Positions 11,686-23,860 of a DNA stretch of 43,402 nt are shown piece by piece. The stretch comes from Octopus bimaculoides (lineage: Eukaryota), in the NCBI RefSeq assembly GCF_001194135.2, contig NC_068995.1, forward strand, positions 91,640 through 135,041, given 5' to 3'. The notes under the pieces are model-generated. The model saw nothing but the letters and a program-made list of their open reading frames with translations, had not been told where the DNA came from and made no database searches. Within the stretch, counting starts at the first letter, position 1, and every line of letters begins with the position of its first letter. Both the position numbers and the translations under genes were made by a program.

Positions 11686-12799
11686 GTCCATGTCCTGTAT
11701 TATAAGCGCTTACAGTCTTCACAGGGCATCGAGCAGCAGTCATCATGTTTTGACACCCAGTGCAAATGTTCATCATACAGATACCTCTTTTCCCAGTATT
11801 CCAATGGCCTCTACTCCTTCATGTTAACTTTTCTCAACCACAACTTTAATCTTTATGCTCTCCAATACCAGTATAACAAGCTGTTCCTGAAAAATGGAGA
11901 CAAAAATCAACTTTAGCCTGAACACCCTGTACATACATACATACATACATGTGTGTGTGTCTATTACATGTTGTCAATCTCTCCTTTTTCTCCTTCCTCC
12001 TTGGCACAGTTACTCTGCTGTGTCTCTATACTTCCTATAACAAAAAGAGAAACTAGCAGCTAAAACAAAGGTCTTGGCATTTGTTTTGTTTTTTTATATA
12101 TATAATATTTGTGTGTGTGTGTGTGTTGCTCTGTGTTACACACATGATACTGCTGCTGCTGAATTTAGCATTGTGTGTGAAGTGAACATAGATTATAGCC
12201 ACAGCTTCATCTCTCCTACTATTTTCCCCTATTAATTGCTGCAGTGATTACAGATCTTTTTAAACGAACTGAATACATTGGATTACACCTTCATTTATTA
12301 TAATTTATTCCTATTTTTATATTTTAACTCTTATATTCATATATTTTATGTGTGTGTGTGTGTGTATGTAATATTTAAGTATGTGTGAATGAGTGTGTGT
12401 GTGTGTGTGTGTATACGTATAATACAAATGTTTATTTTTAATAACTGTGCAAATAAATGAAGATGTTTCCAGAATATTTACAGGTTCAGCTGTACACACA
12501 CACACACACACACACTTTAACTGGTTCTATCTCAACATATTCAATACTCATAATATACCCACACATATATATAACTCATTGACATTATATGTTTTGATGA
12601 TACGGCCCTGTATAGATACGGCAACATTTCATTGAATATACCCACACATATATATAAAACTAGATCAACGCATAAACTTATGGCAGTTTTTATGTTGCTT
12701 GCTTTTGCTTCTTGTTCTTCATTGATTCCGATTTGAACCCCAACCCTCTTTCATTAAGTCAACCCTTTAATGACTGCCTGTCCTCCTAATTCTTAATGT

Positions 12800-13110
12800 G
12801 TAGCTTTACTGGCAAGCCTGACCTTGTGCACAACTTGCAGATGTAACTCTGCACGCATGTTGCTTTCTTGCTTCTTTGGATGCTGCTGAGTGCTTTTCCC
12901 CTCTCTATCTTCTATTACCCCCTCCCACCACCACCACCACCACCAAAAGGAACAGCAGGTAGCAACGTCCAACCCACTTTCCCAAGCATTGATAGTGTTC
13001 TTCCTTGAAGCAGTCTTCAGCTGGTTTTTGAGCACCCTTTTCCAGGCCAACCAGCCTCACCAGGCGTCGACTGAGAGAAACACGTCTCAAATAGGAAGAG
13101 GCCATGTCTG
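12800..13110 (-). mobile_element. Probable RTE (BovB/RTE-X-like) ORF 3' end relic
   Basis: Fragments WKRVLKNQLK...INAWES and SYICKLCTR resemble the RT C-terminal tail and terminal Cys knuckle of RTE elements. Heavily decayed. Confidence 0.35.
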
Positions 13111-13199
13111 AACTATTACAGTTGATGTCACAAATCTTCACTGAGGCTGCCGGGTCCTTCGGCAGAGACGGCGCAGAGGGGTTTCTATCCTTAGGATGT

Positions 13200-13520
13200 T
13201 TGCTTCCTGACCATGGGACTTCAGGTTCAGCCCTACTGTGTGCCTTTTTGGATAAGTGTCTTCGATTATGGCTTCAGGCTGACCAAAGCTTTGTGAGTGG
13301 ATTTGGGAGATGGAAACTGAACGAAGCCCATCACGTGTGTATGTGTGCGTGCGCATGTGTCTCTTTGCCTTGACCACACATATCTGCTGTAAATGATTGA
13401 TTTTTTAATGTCAGGCCATGAGGAGATCTCACCTTGCCGACCAATAAGTGAGGATTGGCGACAGAAATGACATCTGACCTTAGAAAATTCACTTCAATAA
13501 ACTCTGTCCAACCATGCAGA
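13200..13520 (+). mobile_element. Second SINE family fragment followed by RTE-type tail
   Basis: caggttcagccctactg...ggataagtgtcttc...gaccaaagctttgtgagtggatttgg...ggaaactgaacgaagccc; related copies at 18430-18700, 36830-37030, 42170-42340 (minus) and 43130-43345 (plus). Confidence 0.65.
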
Positions 13521-15307
13521 AAAAGTGGAAAAATGTCCATGAAATGACAAGAGCAATGGCTTTGAACAATTGCCAGAATCCTAGAATGTTATGACTGCTT
13601 TCTAAATATGATGATGCCTGTCTCTGTGCATCTGGATATATCTTGAGCTTTTGCAACCCACCCTTTATTTTTCAAGTTATGACTAACCTCCTCCTCCCCC
13701 TCCTCCTCATGAGGAGTTGTCCAGAATTGATTTATAGGTCTTGTGCATGTCATCCAGGAACCTGCTGATAGTACCCTTCAGTTCCAAGGATCTTGAATAT
13801 GAGGGTTTCCTTGAGGCTGTGCAACCTCAGGAGCATTTGTCACTCTGCCGCTTTCTAATGAATGACAGTGTGGGTTTGATGTAAGTCCTTGCGAATATCT
13901 GGATTGTCAAGCTTGCAGTAATTGTAACTCTTGGTGTTTGGTGAATACCAAGAGAAGAGCACTTGTAATTTGACCTTTGGTGGTATCTTGAGATGGCCTG
14001 TCCAACCCTTAGCTCACATCATAGCATGAGCAAGAAGTAAGCCATAAGATTTCTACTTCAAGAAAATGTTAATGGTAAGGTTGTGTTCTACACACACACA
14101 CAAAATATTTCGATGTCATTGATGTTAGTTTTCTCAACACCCTGAATTCTGATAACTCGATTCTTCCCCACTCTTGAATTAAAAAATCATCCAAAAGACT
14201 GCTGGAAATCCATTCTGTCAGAAACGAACTTAAACCAGTTTGTCTTTTTCTGCTGTGTGTGTGTCAACGAGTTGGCTGTGTTATTGTTGTTTTTGTCTTC
14301 TGAAGTGTTACACTGGTGTTTAATATATTTGTATTTCAATATAACCTTACAATTAATCCAGCTTTCCAAACATATCTCAGTAGAAAATATTTAATGGTTG
14401 GCCCCTAAGAGCTATGCATGTGTTTTACAATGTCCTCCATCACCATTGGTGAAACTCTAAACCACAGGATGTCAACTGTATGTTTTATATTTGGTCTTTA
14501 AGATGACCTCTGGTTCTGGGTGGGGGGTGAATTTTTTTTAAGGTTCAAATTCCGGCCTGTACACTGACACAAACTGTATATGCATTCACACACACACACA
14601 CACATATATATTATGATTTTGCTTAGGCATAGCACTACCAATAAGCAGTTGTTAGGGCTCAATATACCTTGACTTCAGAGTAAACAATCAGGTGAATACA
14701 ATGTAATATTAATGATAGCAGAAACAAGCTTAATGAAACGCAGTACTTGACTCTTGTTCTTTTGTCTTTCACTAATCCATAGGTACATCTGTATGCATGC
14801 AGACTTGCACTTGCACTTTTCTCCGTTATATACACTTTGCTCCTGTACCTTTAAATATGATTTTTTAAAATTATTTGCTATTGCATATTCATGCTTACAT
14901 GCATACATACATACATACATAGATATATATATATTTATGAGAAGACATTTACCGAAAATGCCACAGTGTAGGACAGAACTCAGAACCATGTAGCTGTGGA
15001 TTTTAATTTATGACCTTACATCTATCCTGCACATATACACACACACTTGCATATGTGCATGCATGTGCACATACGCACACACATACTTACACATTTCAAA
15101 TTGAGGAATATTTTGTTAGTTTGCTACATTGAGTTTAACTCCTGGAAGTCGCACTCTATGTGTGTGAAGGATGTATATCACCTCAATAAGTGATTTCTAA
15201 GATATACACCCCATCTTTAATGGTGACCCTCATATCTTAGAGACTGAGACAGAGCAAGCTATAAGCCTCACCCATTGTGTGTGTGTGTGTGTATGCATGT
15301 GTTTATG

Positions 15308-15313
<6 letters not shown>

Positions 15314-15389
<76 letters not shown>
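15314..15389. repeat. (TA)n microsatellite
   Basis: Direct reading. Confidence 0.95.
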
Positions 15390-15390
<1 letters not shown>

Positions 15391-15427
15391 CTTTGATTGA
15401 GTTTCATTTCTTTTCTCTTCTTTTCAG

Positions 15428-15572
15428 AACTACAAACAATACAAACCGTCAGGAAAAGAAAATGACGCGATCCCGTAGCCATTCCAAGCCAGACAATAGC
15501 AGAAAGTCCTCAGCTTCAGCTTCTGTGAAATCCAAACGTGCAACATCTGAGCTTGCTAAAAAGCCTTTGTGA
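15428..15572 (+). CDS. Candidate terminal coding exon of an unidentified plus-strand gene (best frame TTNNTNRQEKKMTRSRSHSKPDNSRKSSASASVKSKRATSELAKKPL*)
   Basis: Very strong acceptor (tttcatttcttttctcttcttttcAG at 15426-27), non-repetitive Ser/Lys/Arg-rich frame to TGA 15570-72, then AT-rich unique sequence and AATAAA at 15869-74. The frame is uncertain: other phases stop at 15478 or earlier. Confidence 0.5.
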
Positions 15573-15868
15573 AATTGTAAAATCTGAACTCCCTGTTTCC
15601 TTCTGATACTCCCTAATTTACTGTAACCCTGATTTCTCTAGCAACCATCCTATTTCACCAACAGATTCTTACTAGATGTACTTTAATTTAACAACTCTAT
15701 GAAGCATTATCTTATTCTAATTTATCAACTTCTCTTTAGTAGTACTTTATTTCATCATAGTACTCACTTTTCTAAAGGAGTACAACTTAAAATTAAAATT
15801 AGCAAATTTCAAGACCTAAAAAAAATACTTTAAAAAAATGTAAAATTGTTTTCTGATATTTGTTGTTA

Positions 15869-15874
15869 AATAAA
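15869..15874 (+). promoter_or_regulatory. Candidate polyadenylation signal AATAAA
   Basis: About 300 nt after the putative stop codon. The hexamer is common in AT-rich DNA. Confidence 0.3.
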
Positions 15875-16972
15875 TGAGAAATGTGAAGTATTTAAACACT
15901 AGATTATTTAATATTAAAACCTTTCATACTTTGGCACAAGGCATGCAGTCTCAGGAGAAGTTACATTGGTAAGTTACAGGTAAATTACATTGACCCCCAC
16001 CCCCCACTACTCATTATTGACATTGACGGAATGAAACATACCAGTGACCTTGGCAGGATTCCAACTCAGAGCATTAAGGGACAAAAAGAATACTAAGCAT
16101 GGAATATCAACATGTATGCATACACTCACACATATACACGCATACATATATATGAACATGTATATATATATTAATATATATATATATTGCATACATATAA
16201 ATGCACACATACACATATTTGAAAAGCAATATTGTATTTTAAAATTGCTGGTAAGAAATTTGACGTCATACCTCCATTTCTCCTTTAATTCTCTCTCTCT
16301 CTTCCTTCTTTTCTTCTCTTGTCCTCTGACATCAAATTTCATAAAAGCAATTTTAAAATTACTAGCATTCCCTATAAACCTTTGCTTTTGATATATGCGT
16401 GTATGTATGTATGTGTGCATGCATGTATATGTGTGCATGTTTGTATTTACTGTATGCATGTGTGTGTGTATATATATGTATATATATATATATATTATAT
16501 ATTGAGGTTGATAAATTGAATATTAATTCAATTAACATCAATTTAAAACCAAGTGGCCTAGCATAAAAATCTGAAAATTCAGAAAAATTGTATTACATGC
16601 ATATACGAAGGGATGACCACTAAGTGGACATCCGATATGCTAGAAAGAGGTCATCAACGACCCAACTACAAAGAAAAATAATGTTCTCCAGAAAAAATTC
16701 AGCAAACACCAGAACATAAGCGGGCAAGACAAAATGAAAAATATACAGAATAAAGAATTAATCGTGTACCGGTTTTGCCATTAACTTTTTTATTTACGTA
16801 AAAACGTCTGTGGTTCTTCAACACAATCGTTCAAAGATCAATATAACTTGCAGAACTATACACGAATTGTCTTCATAAAATTTGATGTGCGTACAGTTCT
16901 ACCAATTACAGGATTTTTTTTCAGGATTTCAATGCGTTCGGCTCCGCATACCTTGTAGCGTTTCGTTCTATT

Positions 16973-17024
<52 letters not shown>

Positions 17025-18429
17025 TAGATATGCATGCACACACCCCACACACACATATATATATATACACATACATATTTATAAATACATCTTTGAATGC
17101 GCATACATATACTACTACTACTTGGCGTTTCTGTATTAGCAGAGTAAGAGGATGTGAAATCAAAATGAAGTTAACTCCCAGGAGCAGGATGCGTGTGGAT
17201 TATATAAAATCGATTCCAGATCACTATCGCATTCCCTGGGGAGGCAATATTGTTTATTTATTGACAGCAAGTCATAGTTGAGTTAATCCATAGATTAGCT
17301 TTGATCCCTTAGAGCCGTAGAGCACCAGACGGGGAACAACTGCTGAAGGTGGATGAGGTGGTGTACTTCATTGCTTGAAGGTCACTTGAGATGATAGGAG
17401 AGCTGAAGTGTTTACACCGGTTTCGATCTATGGAGCTATAACACCTAGAACCGTCTGTGTGTCGGCCCACTGTACCCCACCATACAACACACATTGGTCT
17501 ATTGTGTTTGTGCATCTGATCTTCTGTCGATTTCGGTGATAACCATTTAGTTGTTTGATCAACTAAATTATTTACTCGTTATTTACTGAATATTCCATCG
17601 GTATGAGTTCACGTGAAACTAAATTCCTGATAATATCTGTCTGTCTATTTGCATTCACACACACATAGAGAGAAAGAGCTAGAGAAGAATCGGCCTTTTC
17701 CTTTTTAGACAGACATTTTCCTTATTGACTTTGAAAAGATGAAAGGCAAAGTTGAGCTCGCTGGGATTTGAACTCCGCATGCAGAGAACCGAAATGGATA
17801 TTCCAGACATTGTGTCCGACATTCTAACTACTGTTCCTGTTCGCTGCCGTCGTTAACTGTATGCGTTGCAGTGTTCCTGTCAGACTTACCTCGCTGGGAA
17901 TTGAACTCGGAGTACAAAAAGGCGGAACGAATAATGCAATACATACTGTTCGACGACGCTCTAATGACTGTTCTAATTCACCGCCTCAGTTGTATGAGGT
18001 GCCAACCTGGACATGTAGTCTCACCACTGTCCAGTAGATTTTTTTTGTGTGCCTATTGTTGTTGCTGTTCTTGTTGTTATTGTAGCCCTTGGTTAACTCT
18101 GCTCCAGTTGATTTATAGAACAGAAATAGACAGTCGGCAAATGACGAGATTCGATCGTAAATTGAATACGGTGCAGTGTACCATGTCTGTGCATGTTGCA
18201 TTCTTTCCACTGTATCGAGGTAATATTTGAACAGCTGTAGTTATTGTTGTGGTTGTTGTTGCGCAGCTCCAGACCATTTCTGATGGACACATTCCAACGT
18301 GACTATACTATCGACCTTTCAATATATTGTTTATTTCAAACGTCATTATCCTGTTTCTTTCCTTTTATCTGTCATGATGTAAGAAATATTTGGCTACTAT
18401 TTCTAGTATGGCGATTGCTCACCTAGAGC

Positions 18430-18700
18430 AGTACTTCTCAAAGTAGACAGTACTGGGTCACTGCCTTAAGGGTTTAAGTCGAACAAATTGATCCCCGTAT
18501 TTATTTCATTTTTTAAAGTCGTTTTATTTTTTGCCGATCCGTTATGAGGCTGCAAACAAACCAACACCAGTTATCAAGCAGTGTGGGGCTGCATACAAAG
18601 ATACACACACATATACACTTGTCCAAGGTGCTGCAGAATAGAAGTGAATCCACGGCTGTGAAGCGAACTTGTTAACCACACAGCTATAACCTGCAACTGA
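18430..18700 (-). mobile_element. SINE (second family) copy
   Basis: Reverse complement of ggttatagctgtgtggttaacaag...caccttggacaagtg...gacttaaacccttaaggcagt. Confidence 0.65.
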
Positions 18701-19899
18701 TCAAAACATGTTTGAGGAGCACCACTGGCATTGGTTTATATTTGAAGATACTGGGGGAGGGGAGGGAGCTACATTCGATCCAAGCGACGCCAGTTATTGG
18801 CTTGGTGTCCCTACTTCTTTCTGTTGTATTTCCCAGCAAGGGGCCAGCTACTGGCAGTTCGAACAATCACCCGTGCTTGGAAACACCAAGTGGTTGGAGG
18901 ATCCATGTGTTTTGGGACGTCACGTTCTTAAGAGCGCTACGTGCTTGGGCGGAGGGGGGGGGATATATTTTGTGTTTGTAATATTTGAAGTAAAAGAATA
19001 AAATGTAATAAGTAAATAAATATTTTATTCAATTATTTCGTAATTTGTAATAAAGCATTTTATTCTTAAATTTACAGATTTTATTTTTGAAAAAAAAAAG
19101 AAAATACATGTAACGAACGCCGATATTTTGAGGGTGGAAGTTCCGGTGATTGTTAGAAACGTTCCTGTGCCAACATAAAGTAATTGGGGCTGGGAAAAGA
19201 AGTGAAATGTTAGGACCCATCATAACCTTATTCGCTATCTCTAATTTATCTGAAGGGATGACTGGAACTCATCCACTTCAAGCTAACGAAACTCAAGACA
19301 TCGAGAAACTGTCCTAACTATTTGCAAAGCTTACACACAAGCATGACCATGACGGCGACCATCGTCTGTCATGATCGCCTCCACCGCCACTTCACGACGA
19401 CGACGATAACCACATGACCACATGACCGATATGCAGCCAACGACTAACTGCTGCACATGACCGACTGCTCGACTTGCTAGTTGGATAGCTCGCTAGACGG
19501 GGGCAGTCAACTAGCTAGCTAGATAGATAAGATAGACAGACAGATAGATAGATAGATGATGCATGACACGAGGAATCTGAACTTGTCAAAACGTTGAACC
19601 ACTTAACCTTTTACACAATTTGATATGTTCTCTGAATTTCGTTATTAAAATTAGTTTTTTTTGTTTTCTTTTACAAAATAATGACTTAAAAATTATTTAC
19701 TGTTTAAAAAAAATATTTTATTTAATCTTTTGATTCTTGTGTGCATGTATGTAGGATATATCTATGTGAGTATGCGTGTGTTTGTGTGTGCATATAACTT
19801 CAAACAGCATTTTATAGGACAGTCAGAAGACAACATTCGTTAGAATAGCAACAATAGCAACAACAGCGACGACGATGATGATGATGATTATAATGCTCC

Positions 19900-20920
19900 T
19901 TTCTTCTATCGGGACAACAAAGTCAAAATTCTTGGGGGGGGGGGACTAGTTGATTACATCAGTCCCAGAGTTCAACTGGTACTTAATTTATTGACCTCGA
20001 AAGAATGAAAAGTAAAGTCGACCTCGGCGGAATTTGAACTCAAAATATAAAATGTAAAGACCGACGAAATGCTTGTCCGTCGAATCATCATCATCATCAC
20101 GAATTCTAACATAAGTAAGCACCCTTTTATTTAGGGGGCAGGTGTGAAATCGATTTCATTGGTCTCAATATTTAACTGGTACTTTATGTTTTAACGACTA
20201 CAACGGGATGACAGGCTGAGTTCGGTGAGAATTGAAACTGAATATCCCGAACAAGAAGCAGAGTAGATTTTGTTTGGCACTCTACCGATTCTGTCAATCA
20301 TTGGGCCCTTAATAATAATAATAATAATAACCATTTCTATTATAGGCACAAGGCCTGAAATGTGCAGGGAGGGGGTAAGATGATTACATCGACCCAACTA
20401 CGTCACTGGAACTTAATTTATCGACCTCGAAAGGATGAAAGGTAAAGTCGACCTCGGCGGAATTTGAACTTAGAACGTGCAGATAGACGAAATGATCGTT
20501 TCTAAAGTAGGAACATGGCCAACAAGTTTATGTTGGGGGAGGGTGGAAAGTAGTTGACACCATCAAGCTAGAAATACTTAACAAGTTCTTTATTTTATCA
20601 AACCCGAAGGAATGAACGACAAAGTTAACCTATGCAGAATTTGAACTCAAAATCTAATGAATCGGAATAAATACCGCAAGGCTTTCTCTTCGACGCTCAA
20701 ACAATTCTTTTGGTCTTTTTTGTTTAGGTCGAAGGCAAGCAATTTTAAGGAAAGGCGTTTAGTGTATTTTGTGGAGTTCAGTGGTCGACTGGGGTTTTTT
20801 TTTTATTATTATTTTTATCGATCCCGAAAAAGAGAAAAATGTAAATCAAATCGATGTTGATGGGATTTGAATTCAGAACGTAAAAAAGCAAAAGAAACAC
20901 CGCGAAGTATTTTGTCCGAC
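19900..20920 (-). mobile_element. Head-to-tail array of about 5 tRNA-related SINE copies, CpG largely retained
   Basis: Repeated aaagtcgacctcggcggaatttgaact units (20016, 20445, similar at 20625 and 20860) with (AAT)n/(ATC)n spacers. Confidence 0.85.
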
Positions 20921-21381
20921 GCACTTAACATCAACAAAAACAATTAACAACAACAAGAACATATTTAGAAAATATGAAAACAAAAAGGTAACCAGTCTTT
21001 TTTGTCGCAAATATCCATTTCAGGTTCGAAAATATGTTGCAGTTTGCGTCTTTAACCTTCTTCATCGTCAGCACCACTGCCACGGAAAGAACCACCAAAT
21101 TCACTGACGTCATATTCGGATATATTTCAAGAAAAATAATTTGAATAACTTTGCGAAAAGAGAAACAGCAGCACCAATAATGTTTGTTGGAAGGCTTTGA
21201 GAAAGTGATAGAGTGAAAAGGGAGGAAGATTCCAGAATCCGTAGAAGGAAGGTTTGGTTGAAATGATCACAATGAAGTGGATTCAGTTAAAGATATTCCA
21301 AAGTCAGATGGTGGTGACGGCGGTGGGGGGGGGCAGTGGCTTTGGCGGTGGTGATGGTGTTAGTTTACATCTGTTTGCATC

Positions 21382-21621
21382 TCAAATATTGGGATTCTGC
21401 ATAGCTAAAGGCTCTTCCGGAAATTTATTTATATTCAGTTCATGGAATTCGATTCGATTACATTGTTCCTGTTCCACCTCTGTCCGAACTCGACAACATT
21501 TGAACGTGTAACGGAGTTGCTGAAAAGTGTCCCGAACTCGGTTGTTTCCCGGGGATTTTTCCCAAAATGGAGTCTTTCCTCCTTCATCCCAGGTGTTTGT
21601 CAGCGATTCCTTAGATGCCAT
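21382..21621 (-). CDS. Candidate 79-aa small ORF or first coding exon (MASKESLTNTWDEGGKTPFWEKSP...)
   Basis: Non-repetitive sequence, gggATGG start context, in-frame stop just upstream, inside a unique CpG-rich block. No family recognised. Confidence 0.3.
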   Translation of the reverse strand: MASKESLTNTWDEGGKTPFWEKSPGNNRVRDTFQQLRYTFKCCRVRTEVEQEQCNRIEFHELNINKFPEEPLAMQNPNI

Positions 21622-22444
21622 CCCGTATTATCTGTAATCTATCTTGATTTTTTAATCTTATATTTGTTGATAGGGTGGTCGATTATTTTTACCTCGTCTC
21701 TGAGTTGTTTCCACTTTCTCTCTTTTACTCTCTTCGTGCGCGCGTGTGTATGTATATAAATGTAAGTGTGTATAGGTAGGTAGAGAAACAGATGTCAAAT
21801 TGTATGATAGTGTGTGGTGATGGCGAAGAGGTTCAGTAATATTTCTACAAAATTATCAAAGGTAGCGGACGATATCTGTTTCGATTCGTTCTCGTCTTGT
21901 CTCAACAGTTCCTGTGTGTTTTTTCCTTCTTTTTGCTCCAAACACTGAATCAGGTTTGTATCTGCATCGGCACCGATGATTCTGCTCACTTCCTCATTCT
22001 ACGGATACTACAAAGCACAATGAACTGTCCATCTCTCATTGAAGTTGTCAACTAGCTATACAGCTGGTCGCCAGTGCAAGATTTGTTGCTGGATGCTTGC
22101 TGCTTGCTTGCTGCTTGCTTCGTATATTTCCTTGAATAAACCATAACTTCTGAATGTTAAATTTAGAGAAAAGTGTCAGAGAAAGAAAGAAACAAATAAC
22201 AAAAAAAAAAAAAGACAGAGAGAGAAAAGAAGCATGAACATCTTATTTATGTGATTCAAATCGTCATTGGACACCACTTGGATGGTGTTAGAAGAACGAA
22301 GAGAGGAGGTTCATATTACACGCATTATAAATTGAATGCTTGCACATATTGACACGCAGGCATATATGTATGCATGTATGCATGCATAAGTGTGTGTGAG
22401 TGAGTATATATATATGTGTGTGTGTGTGTGTGTATGTATGTATG

Positions 22445-22665
22445 CAAAGGGATGCTGAAAAATTCCTGATTCTAAGGGTGTCGCGAAAGGTCTGGCTGGA
22501 GGCCCAATTTTTCTAGTTCTTTTGTGGGGCATAGAAAAACTGAAGGGCCGCTGCAATAAGTGTGTGAATCTGAGGCCGGGGGGTGGGGGTATCGAATAAA
22601 ATTATAATCAACTGATCCTCTTGAATTTTTTTTAACCCAAAGCCAGGAACTTTTCAACACCCGCT
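22445..22665 (+). mobile_element. Mariner-derived MITE
   Basis: Imperfect TIRs gggatgctgaaaaattcctgattct (about 22449) and aaagccaggaacttttcaacaccc (about 22639-62). Internal remnant GIEKLKGRCNKCVNLR resembles the mariner transposase C-terminus. Confidence 0.75.
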
Positions 22666-22680
22666 TCCGCATGTGTATTA

Positions 22681-22731
22681 GAGAGAGAGAGGGGGTAGAG
22701 AGGGAGGGAGAGAGAGAGAGAGAGAGAGAGG

Positions 22732-22800
<69 letters not shown>
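22681..22800. repeat. (GA)n microsatellite
   Basis: Direct reading. Confidence 0.95.
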
Positions 22801-23227
22801 GTAGCAAGAATGGTATATAGATGTGGTATTTTATCGATTTTCAGCACTGCTAGTGGTAGATATCAAGTTGCTAGAGATGGGGATGATGGAGAAAATATGT
22901 ATGGTTGTGTTGCTGTCTTTTATTAGTTCTGCTGGTCGTGTCCTACCACACACGATTACATAATAATCCCGTGACTCACGCGCGCACACACACACATACA
23001 CACACACACACACATGTGCATACACACGCATAGTTTGTGCTTAGTCAGAGTCGAAAGCGTTAAAGTAAGGAAAAAGCAAGAGAGATTCACAACTCACTGT
23101 TATTTATATTTTTAAACAGGATACAATGCTATATACACATGTTTATGTATGTATGTATGTATGTATGTATGTGTGTGTGTGTATGTATGTATGTATATGC
23201 GTGTGTGTGTATGTATGTATCTAATTT

Positions 23228-23445
23228 GAAAGGCAAAATCGACCTCGGTGGAATTTGAACACAGACGAAATGCTTAGCGGTATTTCGTCTGTCTTTATGT
23301 CTGTGTTCAAATTCCACCGAGGTCGATTTTGCCTTTCATCCTTTAGGGGTCGATAAATTAAGTACCAGTTGCGTACTGGGGTCAATCTAATCGACTGGCC
23401 CCCTTCCTCCAAAATTTCGAGCCTTGTGCCTAGAGTAGAAAAGTA
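23228..23445 (+). mobile_element. SINE copy with fold-back 5' end (39-bp perfect inverted repeat)
   Basis: 23228-23266 and 23299-23337 are exact reverse complements. The right arm continues as a normal SINE body to about 23445. Confidence 0.9.
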
Positions 23446-23684
23446 GTAAAGCATATTTCATTTGTTTGCAGTGGACAATACGTGCAGTCATGCAGAAAAT
23501 GACAGCTTCCAAATCCTATTTTCTGATTGAGTAAAAATTATCAAACTTTAAACCTCTACGACGTTCTTTTAAAAGAAATCTGGCAAAAGTGCAATATCTT
23601 CCGAGACTCAGTGTGGAAAATTACATCAATACACCAAATTTTAAAATTTTTACTAAACTTCGAAAAGATTCGTGTTGGCCTACA

Positions 23685-23692
23685 GATACCAC

Positions 23693-23723
<31 letters not shown>

Positions 23724-23860
23724 AACACAACCACTACTACCATCACCACCTACACCAGCACCACCAAGAGCAACAGCACCACCACCATCTACAGCAAGAG
23801 CACCACCTCCACAACTGCCACTATCACAACCAGCAACAACAACATCGACCACAACACAAG
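23685..23860. repeat. (ACC/AAC/AGC) trinucleotide low-complexity tract
   Basis: Direct reading. Confidence 0.85.

Noticed and set aside
15450-15600. Open antisense frame (SSDVARLDFTEAEAEDFLLLSGLEWLRDRV)
   Set aside because: It is the codon-aligned mirror of the plus-strand frame, and splice and poly(A) evidence favours plus. Not fully excluded.
17890-17935. Consensus minus-strand donor GAG|GTAAGT at about 17889
   Set aside because: The upstream sequence resembles a SINE B-box segment and has no acceptor with an open frame.
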